The notes under the pieces were generated by a model. It worked only from the letters and a program-made list of their open reading frames with translations. It had not been told where the DNA came from and did no database searches. DNA of 63,546 bases, the filler included. It is 13 parts of 13 records of this genome, joined end to end, with 100 filler letters (N's around TTAATTAATTAA, not from the genome) between each part and the next. Parts side by side here need not be neighbours in the genome. Positions count along the whole stretch, not along the records: positions 49,020 to 54,545 come from SRR7504441_7341; positions 54,646 to 59,810 come from SRR7504441_7343; positions 59,911 to 63,546 come from SRR7504441_7373; 10 more parts are not named here. One strand, written 5' to 3'. A program made the position numbers and the translations under genes. Below are positions 49,574 through 61,218 of this stretch, one piece after another. How positions within the stretch are numbered: the stretch's first letter is position 1; every line of letters begins with the position of its first letter.

Positions 49574-52047
49574 TTATAAAGTCCCAACTTGATAAGAGTC
49601 GACCTGTCCGGGTATTACCGCCTGGCAACGGATTCTAGCAAATCTATCACACCTTGAACGCAATCTGCTTCGAAAATCGCTTCGGTGCGTCATTCTCCCC
49701 CAGAACCTCGAGCACCTGACCAACAACAACAATCACCACCCGGAACCGAGCTGATCAGCGATGATTAATGCCGTTAACTATCGACCAAACAACGCACCTC
49801 CATGCTACACATCGTCGACGGACTTGTAAACCCGACGTTGACTGGGAAAAACTCCGCGTGATTCGCCGTCGGAACAGCGAATTCCAGCGCTCCGGAGCCA
49901 TTCGACTGATCCATACTCGGGACTCGCCAGAGCAGCTCGGCGTTCTGCCGTTGGATCAACGGACAATCGGTTGGGATTGATTCGTAATTATGGATTCATG
50001 TGACCTTGGAGTCGAAAGTGGCCTCGCCGTCGCAGTCTACGATCTCGGGTGCGTGCGCGGACGAGCCCGGGATGGGCACGCGAACAATGAAATCCTCCAG
50101 CTCGGCCAGCACCTGCGGAATAAATCACAATCGCGCGCGCCAATAAACCACAGCGCGGTGAATTACAATTAATTATTATTAAATTATTATTCACCTCGCC
50201 GAGTTGGTACTCGAGGTTGCAGTGGGTTTTCCCCGCCTGATTCGACGGCCAGCAAGTGACGGAAACGGGGCTCTTGGAATCGTCGCTCGTCTGCGCCCAG
50301 TCAGGCAATAGCTTAACACACCTTCCTAATTAGGCAATAGCTATAGCGTAACGCACCTGGTACCGCCACTTGAGGATTCCGAGTGCGTTGCCACATGGGA
50401 AAGCCCGGTCCTCTTTGGCTAGCCGCAGCCAAGGGTCGCTGACCCCGAAGAATGCCTCTTTTTTAATATTCGGGTGAGTCTGCAGCAACGGCAAGTGAGT
50501 GAATCCCAACTGACAAAGGCTTAATTATTGTTAATTAACTCACGTTGAACTGAAAGTCCGAAGTGGCCGAGTGCGCGATGTGGATTTTGCACTTGGCCTG
50601 CTCTTTGTCCGAGATCTGCACCGATAGTTAACTCACCTTCCAAATAAGGAAATAGTCTGTTAACAGCCCGGTGAGTTAACACCTGTAGGAATATCCGGCC
50701 CTGTATCTGCATGTTGTTAAAGTTGCCGTCTTCGTCGTAACTGATATTCGCCGACTCCTCCACCGTCAGGTTAATCGCCTGCGGAGCACCACCAGCAAAT
50801 CAATAATAAATCAATAATAAATCAATGAATCATAAATAATCCGCCAGCGCGCACCTCCAGTTCGGCCGCGTTGCCCGCCTGCTTCGCGACCGGATCCACG
50901 ACCGCGGTCGGATCTCCCATAATCTCGCCTGTCCGTTGCGGTCAAAAGCCGTTAAACGCCGTTGGTCCGCGCACCGTCCTTTTCCAGTTGATCGAGCAGC
51001 ATCGAGCCCTTTTGCGCTTTCGACTTGATGGACATTTTCATCGACGGCTTTTTCACTTTCGACTCGTTCACCGGCGCCGAATCGTAAAACGTCTCGCCTG
51101 CCCCCCCCTCGCTCCGCCCCCCGCCCCCCGGGGGCAGCAGCCACCGTACTCGGCCGGCTTGGAGATGATCCCGCTGCCCCCGACGTCCGACATGCTCCCG
51201 ATCTGCCCGCCCTGCGCCGTCGAGCCAAAACCGGTGTTCCCGAGCCCGCCTGTCGGTTGGAATTAACGGAAACCAACGGTTTCGAATAATAATACCGTTG
51301 CCGAACTTGCGCTCGGTGGCCCGCTTTGCGTCCATCTCCTCCACCCTCCGCTCCATGTTGGCCCTGGCCTCGGCCTTCTTGGCCTCCTCGAGCTCCTTGT
51401 GCATCTGATACTCCGAGGACGACATCTCCATGTTGGTCCGCACTTGGGCCACTGTCACCTGCCCAGGCTCACCCCATCCGCCGCCTCTACGAGCCCCGCC
51501 CTCTCTATCTATCTCTGTGTGTGTGTGCAGTGCGTGGCACCTGCTCGCGATAGCCGTTTGAGATGAGCTCGTCGAGCGCGTTGACGAACTCGAACGTGTT
51601 TTCGATCTGCCGGTCCTCCTCGCCCTCGTGCAGCTCCGGACAGTACTCCACCCACAGCCGCGACATCCTGTACACACACACCCCGCACACGTCAGCCCGC
51701 GTACCAGAGCGGGGGGGGGGGGGGAGGTTTAGCAACGGACAGTTTCAGCGTCTCGAGGTCCTCCACGATGTTCGACTGCTTGGAGGTGATCAGGATCAGG
51801 TACAGGTCCTCCAGCGGGTGGTACAAGTACCGCACATTCCCCGTCTCGACAAAGGTGTGCTGGGCCCCGGCCCCGCCCAGCAGCTTGGGAAAGGCGGTGA
51901 TGAGCCCCTCCACCCGCATGCGGGTCATCTCAACGAACTGTCGGGAGACCAGCAGCTTGCCGTTCCGGCTGGTCACCGCCGCCGCGAGCACCACCTGCCA
52001 TTACCACACCAGCTCGCCCGGCCGCCACACAGAAAACGCCGCACCAT
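49574..52047 (-). CDS. ARCN1: Coatomer subunit delta (archain), about 15 exons
   Basis: M|VVLAAAV...LVSRQF.EMTR.RVEGL..AFPKL, QHTFVET.NVRY.Y.P, SNI.EDLETL; mu-homology FNTHPNI, LKWR, VTCWP, GALEF, FFPVNV; ends [10 protein letters not shown]. Confidence 0.95.
50291..50356 (-). mobile_element. delta-COP intron carrying the GTTAAC-family element (50312-50352, antisense to the gene)
   Basis: Plus strand cttaacacaccttcctaattaggcaatagctatagcgtaac; aggcaatagct occurs twice in the intron. Confidence 0.6.
50616..50682 (-). mobile_element. delta-COP intron carrying the 38-bp element (50627-50664) and an 11-bp inverted repeat (50627-50637 / 50670-50680)
   Basis: gttaactcaccttccaaataaggaaatagtctgttaac; gttaactcacc...ggtgagttaac is a perfect inverted repeat. 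Confidence 0.65.
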
Positions 52048-52463
52048 GTGCTTCTTCCGTTGTGGAAAACACCAAAGTCGTTGCACTCACAGAGAGAGAA
52101 GAGGGCGCTGCGCCACACTGCGGCGGGAGGCAAAGCCAGATGAGAAACCCGTTCGAGACCACCCAGCTGGCCCGAAGCGACTGGCAGAATGCCGTTGGAT
52201 CGCGCGAGCCCGCCCTATTCCGACGCTACCGCTCCACCGACGCCGCCCAATATTCCGTTGGCCAGCCGATCTTCGGCGGCACCGTGGCGGCCATTGACCC
52301 ATCCTCCGGCTGCGTGGTGGTCAGAGACGGCCGTTGCCGGATGGACGGGACGCCGGTGGCTTGCCGGCGAGAGTCCCGTCCAACGGACTTTGCCGTTGGC
52401 GTCCCGGCCCGGCTGTTCACCCCGGGCGGCTGGCGGTGGGTGCTGCCGGTGGCAGTCGATCCG

Positions 52464-54165
52464 ATGGCCTCCGCCATCTACTACGACGCCCACCGGGAGG
52501 TGGAGCCGCCCGGGGCAACGGAAAGTCCGTTACCGTCCGGCGTCCAACGGCAATCGGGGGTGCCCCGGCTCGAGCTGAGCCCGGGAATGTTGAGCCAGAC
52601 CAAAAAGGGGCTCCATCACGAGACCGGGCACGACCGGCTCAAGAAGAGCTTAACGGATAGCGATAACGGACAATTGAAGCGGCACATGACGCAGGCCATG
52701 TCCATGCTCGGACAGCTCAACGCTGACGTTGACCCTGACGGCGATGGTTGGGGATTCCTCGGCGGTGGGAGCGCTACCGAGGCGGCGCCGCAGTACCGCG
52801 GCCGGTCGAGCCAGGTGACAACGGAATTTTGGGCGTCCAACGGCATTTGGTCTGACCGTTGGGGATTGCAGGCGCTGCTGCAGCTGATCGAAGACGTGTT
52901 TGAGTACCTCGATTCGTCGGGAGACGGCGTGCTGCACGTTTCCGAGGTGATTTCGAATTGTTTTTATTAATTGTTTTTATTAATTGATTTAACGGCAGGT
53001 TCTGCACTCGCTCGGCCAGAAAATGAGCTCGAGCAACGAGGAAGAAGCCCAAGCCGATTTCGATCGGATCGAACGGGCAATGGCGAGAAACGACTCGCGG
53101 AGCGAGCGGGACGGGCAGGTTAACTTAACAGATATGCCGAATAAGGAAATGAGTGTTAACGGCAGATCGACTTCGAGGAGTGGCAGGAGTACTGGGAGTC
53201 CACGGCTGCCGGGACCGAGGAGCTGGCGGCCATGTCCACTCTCCAGTCGATGCTGGTATTATTATTATTTATTATTCTTGTTCCGAACAGGCCCGGCGGT
53301 TGGGACTGATGCGGTCAACGGCAGAAACACCTGCGGCTGCAGCCCGGCAACGTCAAGGAACGCCCCGGCTCGCCCGGGCTCTCGGGCATGGCGATGAGCA
53401 AAGGGTGAGTAACTGTTTTCAACTGCTATTCCGTTGACCGTTTCTGTGGCAGCCAAGCTGCCGAGGCCAAGGCGCAGGCTATGCTCGAGCGAAAGCAACG
53501 GCTGAGCGTCCGACGGGTGTCGCGAGAGGAGGTTAACAGCTCCTTCCTTTAAAGGAAATGACTGTTAACACAGAGCGAGAAGGCGAAGGCGATGGAGTTC
53601 AGCGAGGAGATGATCGCTCTGATCGTCGGCGACAAGGTGTTAACAGCACCTTCCCGATTAGGCAATAACCACTTAACACAGGAGCTCAAGTTCAGCTTCC
53701 GGAGCACCACTCCAAAGCTCGAGGCCCTTGCCACGGAGACGTTTTCTATGCTCGACGCTGACGGGAACGGAATTTTGAGCTTTCCGGAGGTCCTCGACTC
53801 ACTGGGCGAGCTGGATGAGCACGGCGGGTGAGGCCGGCGGTTGGGAATTGCCGTTGACGTGTGCTATTTTTAGGTTTTACAAGCTGCTCGAGCGGAAGAT
53901 GGAGGCGAAAAACATTTCGGAGTCCGAATTGTTCAAGGTTTTTTCATTTAAATTGCAGCTGTAACGGCCGGCAGTTGGAATTCCCGGTCGAGCTGTGGTT
54001 AGACTACTGGCAATCGACGGAACTTCCGGAATCGCGCGCCATCGCGCTGCTTTCATCGGTACCCCCCCCCCCCCGAATAAGGTTGGTGAGTGACGGCAGA
54101 TCCGGCGGCGAATGATAAAACGGCAAAAGCCTAGCGAATTGCCGCACCTAGGTGCCAAGGCCTAG
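52464..54165 (+). CDS. Multi-EF-hand calcium-binding protein, about 11 exons
   Basis: EF loops DSSGDGVLHVSE, spliced RDGQ|IDFEEW and DADGNGILSFPE; frame is maintained only by removing the AT-rich introns. Confidence 0.75.
53119..53165 (+). mobile_element. 47-nt intron containing the element (53124-53160)
   Basis: cttaacagatatgccgaataaggaaatgagtgttaac; its removal restores the EF-hand DGQIDFEEW. Confidence 0.6.
53532..53573 (+). mobile_element. 42-nt intron that is essentially the 38-bp palindromic element plus acag
   Basis: gttaacagctccttccttt|aaaggaaatgactgttaac pairs at 15 of 19 positions; it has an in-frame TAA, so it must be spliced if the gene continues. Confidence 0.7.
53637..53681 (+). 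mobile_element. 45-nt putative intron containing the element (53639-53677)
   Basis: gtgttaacagcaccttcccgattaggcaataaccacttaacacag, with gtgttaa/ttaacac terminal inverted repeat. It is in frame and stop-free, so splicing is inferred. Confidence 0.6.
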
Positions 54166-54952
54166 GCTATCTATCATCCGGAGCTGGCCAACCGAACAAA
54201 TTCCAACGGCTTTTATTGCCTAACGGCTTTCTCAAGTCAAGTGCCGCGGAGGAGCGGCCGGATATTTTATTTAGTAATTTATTGTCATGAGGAGTATTAA
54301 TTATTCGTGCTGGCGTGATAAGTTGCCGATTACGACGAGATTCTATTCATTAATTGTATTCTCAACTGTATTGTGCCGGGTTTTCTCAACTGTAGTTACA
54401 CCCGGCCTGGGTCCACCGACGACTGACACAGCGCCCGGCCGCCCGCAGTTCGGCACATTTTCAGCTTGCTCCGTGGGTTCAAGTTCACAACGGCACAGCA
54501 AATGCCAGCTGGGCTGATGGGCGGCGTCCGTTAGGATGGGCGGCANNNNNNNNNNNNNNNNNNNNNNNNNNNNNNNNNNNNNNNNNNNNTTAATTAATTA
54601 ANNNNNNNNNNNNNNNNNNNNNNNNNNNNNNNNNNNNNNNNNNNNGGGGGGGGGCAAAAAGACTCCAGGGAAATTTCATCGATTTCGGGGCGGGGCGGGG
54701 GCACGTACGTAACGTACGTAAAGGTGAAGCAAGCCGTGTCCCCGTCTGCGGCATTCGATCAACTGGATCGAGACCCTTGGACCCTTGTGGCCTCTTCGAG
54801 TCCTGCACCTTAGATGCCAATTTCCACACACGTGAAAGGAAGAGAGTGAGTTTTGAGCATGAGCATGAATCGATCTCATGCAATGCCAATTACGTGGCCA
54901 ATTACAAGTTGAATGATATAGAGAATCTTTTATATACGGTGAGCATCACGTG

Positions 54953-56420
<1,468 letters not shown>

Positions 56421-56526
56421 CCTCGCCGCCCACCACCCGCACTGCCGCCCACCCAACACCGCGACACTGCTCGCCTCTCGTGCGGTGAGGGGAGCTTCCC
56501 GCCAAAGCAAGTCATGTCGATGCTGC

Positions 56527-56691
56527 ATGGAAGCTATGGAAGCGCTGGTCAAGCTGTACGGCTGTACGATTGAAGATAGTACCTCCGGCACGGCTCGGAC
56601 GCGGCCAGACCGCTGGCCGGTGGGCAGTCTCACACAGCTCACTGCGCTCTACCTAGAGAACAACCGGCTGAGCGGCTCGACACCAGTATAG
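56527..56691 (+). pseudogene. Isolated leucine-rich-repeat fragment
   Basis: ALVKLY...W..GSLTQLTALYLENNRLSGSTP*: a single plant-type LRR in an intergenic gap. Confidence 0.35.
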
Positions 56692-56782
56692 TACGGTACC
56701 AGTACGGTACTAGTTGACCGGATAGGGTTGCGAAAATAATACAATGTTGACCGACGATGAGGTCGTTCCCAAACCTAAACTC

Positions 56783-57817
56783 TCACATCATTCGAGTCCG
56801 TTGAAGCGTCCGCTTGAGCTCCAAGGGAAACTGCACGGCGAGCTCCGATCGAAGCAGCAGCGCCACCTTGAGCGCATATAGCCTGCTCTTGAGCAGCACA
56901 ATCCGATGCCGGTCAAACTCGGCAGTGACTAGGTCGCCCTCGCGCGTCACGCTCACCGAGAACGGTCCAGCAAGCTCGCAGTCGGTCTCAATCGTCCTCA
57001 CGGTCAACTCACCTCTTTGATCCCTCTCGAGCACACGAATCAGACCATTGTCCGTATCGGCTACGAATACCTGCCCGGTCACCCGGGACAAGGCCAGCCC
57101 CCTCGGGCCGCGAAACAGAGCTCGATCGGCGCTCCCATCGCGCAGGCCCTTCCGGCCGTCGCTCGAACCAGCCACATGACTAACGTGGCCTGTCCGCGGA
57201 CAAAGCCTAACTATTCTGTGGCCCATAGTATCACTGACCAGCAGCCGGCCGTCCGGCATCGTAAGCACGCCTTCCGGCTTGTCCAGCCGCTCCCCACTCC
57301 GATCCATCCTCTCCACCGGCCCTCCGGCCGGCCGCACCCGCCGCACCGCGTCGTTGTCTGTATCCATCACCACCACGTCCTCCCCCAGCAACGCGCAGCC
57401 CTCCGGGAAACGGAACCGGCCCGGCGGGCCCTCGCAGTACCCCTCAGAGTCGTCGCCGGCCAGAGTGGTCACCCGGCCGCTCCGCAGCTCCACCCGGCGC
57501 AGCGCGTGGCTGCAAGTGTCGGCCACCAGCACCTGGCTATGCCCGTCCGTGGCCAGCGCCCCCGGGTTGTGAAAGCTGGCCTCCCCGGCCGCTCCGTCGG
57601 CGCAGCCCTTGGCCCCGCTGCCGGCCAGGGTGCGGCAGTGGCCGTCCGGCTCCACCAGCCTGATCCTGTGGTTGAAGGTATCCGCCACCAGCACCTGACC
57701 GCTCTCCAGCGCCAGCACCCCAACCGGCTGGTCGAACTCGGCCACAGCCGCCGGGCCGTCCGCCCAGCCCCGCCGGCCGCTGCCCGAAAGCCGCACTACG
57801 CACACCGGCGCCGCCAT
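56783..57817 (-). CDS. NHL-repeat beta-propeller protein
   Basis: Repeats FDQPVGV..VADTFNHRIR, FHNPGAL..VADTCSHALR and FRGPRGL..VADTDNGLIR; ATG at 57817. Confidence 0.85.
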   Translation of the reverse strand: MAAPVCVVRLSGSGRRGWADGPAAVAEFDQPVGVLALESGQVLVADTFNHRIRLVEPDGHCRTLAGSGAKGCADGAAGEASFHNPGALATDGHSQVLVADTCSHALRRVELRSGRVTTLAGDDSEGYCEGPPGRFRFPEGCALLGEDVVVMDTDNDAVRRVRPAGGPVERMDRSGERLDKPEGVLTMPDGRLLVSDTMGHRIVRLCPRTGHVSHVAGSSDGRKGLRDGSADRALFRGPRGLALSRVTGQVFVADTDNGLIRVLERDQRGELTVRTIETDCELAGPFSVSVTREGDLVTAEFDRHRIVLLKSRLYALKVALLLRSELAVQFPLELKRTLQRTRMM

Positions 57818-57844
57818 ATCGACGCCGGCGGCTCCGCCGGTATC

Positions 57845-59668
57845 ATGCTGTGGGCAGCGCTGCTGCTGCTCGGCTGGGCTGCCGGGGGCGCGGGCTGCCC
57901 GGTGCGCGCGGTGCTCACCGGGATCCCGCTTCGGCCGCGGCTCCGTTTGGCCCCGGCCGAGTGCACCGCCGAGGCGATTAGCGCGGCAGCCGCGGCCCGT
58001 CTGGGAGGTGGCTGGCCCGGATGGCAACTCGAGCCGGCGATGGCCCAGGATGGCCTCAGCCCACTGCCCGCCGCGCCGGACCACGGGGAGCTGGTCGCCG
58101 TGCACGCGCTGGAGCCGCGCAGCCACCGCCAAGGCTGGCTTGAGATCGTGGAGGCAGTATCGCGCGAGACCGACACGGACCAGGCGACGGCGGTGCTCGA
58201 GAGGCTGGCGGCCGCGGATCCGGGGCTGGCGCAGGGGTGGCAGTTGGAGTATAACCGTGGCGTGCTGCACAGGATGGCTGGGCGGTACCTGCAGGCCGGC
58301 CAGGCGATGGAGCGGGCGATTGAGCGAGGCTGCGGCTGCCTCGAGAGCGTTGTCGAAGCTGCTGAGAGCTTTAAACTGGGCGGGCAGCCCGAGCCGGCCA
58401 ACAAGTGGTATGAGACGCTCTTCCGGACGGTCCGTTTCACCCGGGTGAGCGATCTCAAGGTCCGGCTCCCGATGCGGAGCTGCCAGGACGAGTTGTCGGT
58501 GCTCCGTGCAGTAACGAGTGGATTCGTAGAGAGATTGTTGGAGAAGGACGAGCTCATTACAGTGCTCCGGGTGCGGCACGATCTGAGCCAGCTGGAGTAC
58601 CTCAGCCGGTCCGCCGCCGGCCTGCTGCCTGGGGTGCAGATGCTCCGCACGCTTCAGAGCCAAGTAGACAGCGTGGCGCCACCTCTCCAGCTGCCGTCTG
58701 ATGGCCCCCGAAGAGACAGCTCCAACGTCTCAGACCCTTCCATCCGGCTGCCGGCCGGTTGGCGCCAGCAGCTCGCCCCGTGGCACGGTCGGGCCGTGTT
58801 TGTACGGCCCACGCCGGCGATTGCTCGCGCGATCGAGCCGAGAACTGACGTGGAGGCGATTGAGCATCAGTACGCCACCGAGCGAGTGACACACGTGGAT
58901 GGGCTGCTGACCGACGAGGCGCTCCAGGCGCTCCAGTTGTTTGTGACGGTGCGTGGTGTGCATCGGACGGGCTGAGAATGTGCTGTTAGGAGAGCACGAT
59001 TTGGTTTGAGACGATGAAAATCGGGTACCTGGGCAGTTACTGGCACGACGGGTTCTCGAATCCGTTGCTGATCCAGGTGGCCAACGAACTCAGCCGTACT
59101 TTCCCCAACATCTTTGAAGGCCGGCCTCTGATGCAAATGTGGGGTTACAAATACGATTCGAACGCGAGCGCAGGAATCCAGGTGCACGCAGACGAGGCCT
59201 CGGTCAACGTCAACTTGTGCGATCCCCCCGTCCGCGCGGCTCGAATTCCCGCAGGTGGCTCACTCCTGACGACGCCGTGCTGGATAAGAGCTCCGGAGGG
59301 CTCAGGATCTTCCTTAAAGGCGGGTCCCGCGACGGTTGAGCTGCTGAGCCGGGTGCAGAGGCGCCCGGCGACTGGACGTTTGAAGACTATAACAAGGACC
59401 ATAAGAAGATTTTCAGCTTCCTGGACGCGGATGGAGGGAGCGAGGAGGCAGTGATCCCGTACAGGACCAACCGCGCGGTGATTTTCCACTCCAACTTCTT
59501 CCACACCACAGATCAATTCAGGTGAGTGAGCGTTTGTGGGCGGCTGGTGCGGGAGCGGAGCGCAGGTTCAAGTGCTGCAAGTATAACGACCGGAGGATCA
59601 ACGTGACCATGCTGTTCGGCAAGAGGACCGGCTTCAAACGGACAGATCGGGCCTCCTCGACGAGCTAG
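57845..59668 (+). CDS. Secreted TPR-like + 2OG-Fe(II) oxygenase-like protein
   Basis: Signal peptide; TPR-like YNRGVLHRMAGRYLQA; WGYKYDS, IQVHADEASVNVNL, PYRTNRAVIFHSNFFHTTD and RRINVTMLFG (HxD...H...R). Confidence 0.75.
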
Positions 59669-59910
59669 ATTCTGTTAGTTGTTTTAACACGTCACACCGC
59701 CAAACTTAGCCACAACCAGTTACCTTACAATTACCTGGCTGCACGGTTCGACTTAATTGGAAGTAAGTATTAATAAGTAGTACTCGTAAACATACTCGTA
59801 AACATACTCGNNNNNNNNNNNNNNNNNNNNNNNNNNNNNNNNNNNNNNNNNNNNTTAATTAATTAANNNNNNNNNNNNNNNNNNNNNNNNNNNNNNNNNN
59901 NNNNNNNNNN

Positions 59911-60982
59911 TGGGACCCGGTGCTTGCCACGCACAACTGGTCCTCCCATAAATGTGGTCCTCCCATATGTCATCTACAACACACTTTTCCCGATTCTTTT
60001 CCGAATAGCAGTTGCTGGACTCTCGATCACAGGGATGCAAGACTTTGGCGGGCTCCGGGATTGCGCCAACATGATATGGATTGGTACAGCGGGCGGACTC
60101 CTCGCTGGACTAGCCCTCAGGCGCTCTGCATTAATGTTTGTGAGTACTGAATTCTTCGGGCTCAACCAGACTGATGCTTCAAACGTGTGGCTTGCGACAG
60201 TGGCAATCGACGCAGTTGTCACTGCTGCAGCGTTAGCATTGGGAGTAGTTGAAGCTTTATGCCAGCAGAATATGGAGAATGCTCGAACTGAGAATAAGTC
60301 AGCATATGCTATATGCAACCGCACAGCAAGCCAGAATGCGGCCAATAGCTCACAGAATGCCGATAGCTCGCAGCAGGTGGTAAGCTCTGTGACACCATTG
60401 ACAATACTGCAAGAAGAGCCGGGCAGGCGAGCGGGTGGCCCGCCGGCGCTGCTTCAAGTGATGCAGGTCAGCTGGGATCAAGTCGAGCCAGTCACCGCCG
60501 CGCTGGGCGCCTCTTCGAGCAGTGGCCAGTTTGGGACCATGTTGAGATCCCGGCTCTCGTCAGTCGGATACAGCGGCCGGTTCCCGTCTGGTGCCACCAT
60601 CACAGTGCAACAAGTGGTCAGATTGGGGGAGGACGACGACGGCCAGATATATGTGGACTGGCCGTCGTCATCCTCTCCCAATCTGGACTCAGATGACAGC
60701 GACAATGCGACACTGATGGTAGCTGCCCTAGTGGGAAGTGGGGCAATTCTGGCGCTAGTGATCGCCGTGGTGGCTGGGCTGGTCTACATCTACAGGCAAG
60801 GGAAGCCAGTGGCTCCGGACACGCAGCATCAGGACACCGAGCCAGGGGCGCCGCAGGCTACGATGGGCAGCGTGGGTGTGGCGACTGTGGAGATGAATCC
60901 AATCGCATGTAGCAAGACCGATGGGGTCAGATGCCGCTCACTATCCCGCTCACCGCGAGGTGCTTTTAATTTTGAACAGTGA
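59911..60982 (+). CDS. Multi-pass membrane protein, C-terminal part (5' truncated)
   Basis: Intronless ORF with several hydrophobic helices and a final TM segment. Confidence 0.5.
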
Positions 60983-61218
60983 CAGCGCATTCATGAAAGT
61001 AATTAGTTCTAATTAAAAAGAACGAATCATTGAAATCATTTATCAGACATCTTTGTACATTGATGCCTTTCCCCCTTGTATTGTGTTGCTGTATCTAGAC
61101 ATGATTTGAACGTAAGCATGATCGATCCCCACATGTATGTACGAGTACCGCAAGGCGCCCTACTGCAGCTCTCGTCACTCGTTGAGCGGTTGAGCTCATT
61201 CGCTCTATCTCCGCTCCA

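Noticed and set aside
56783-58975. Long overlapping antisense ORFs (626 aa and 652 aa; likewise 7264-8982 with 6223-7686, 28556-30169 and 51768-52970) as true overlapping genes
   Set aside because: The extensions are antisense shadows in GC-rich DNA; recognisable domains and signal peptides begin at internal ATGs.
59778-59810. catactcgtaaa tandem repeat at the contig end (also cacacagtaatct twice near 33092-33119) as telomere
   Set aside because: Only 2-3 units and unlike known telomeric repeats; most likely minisatellites that broke the assembly.
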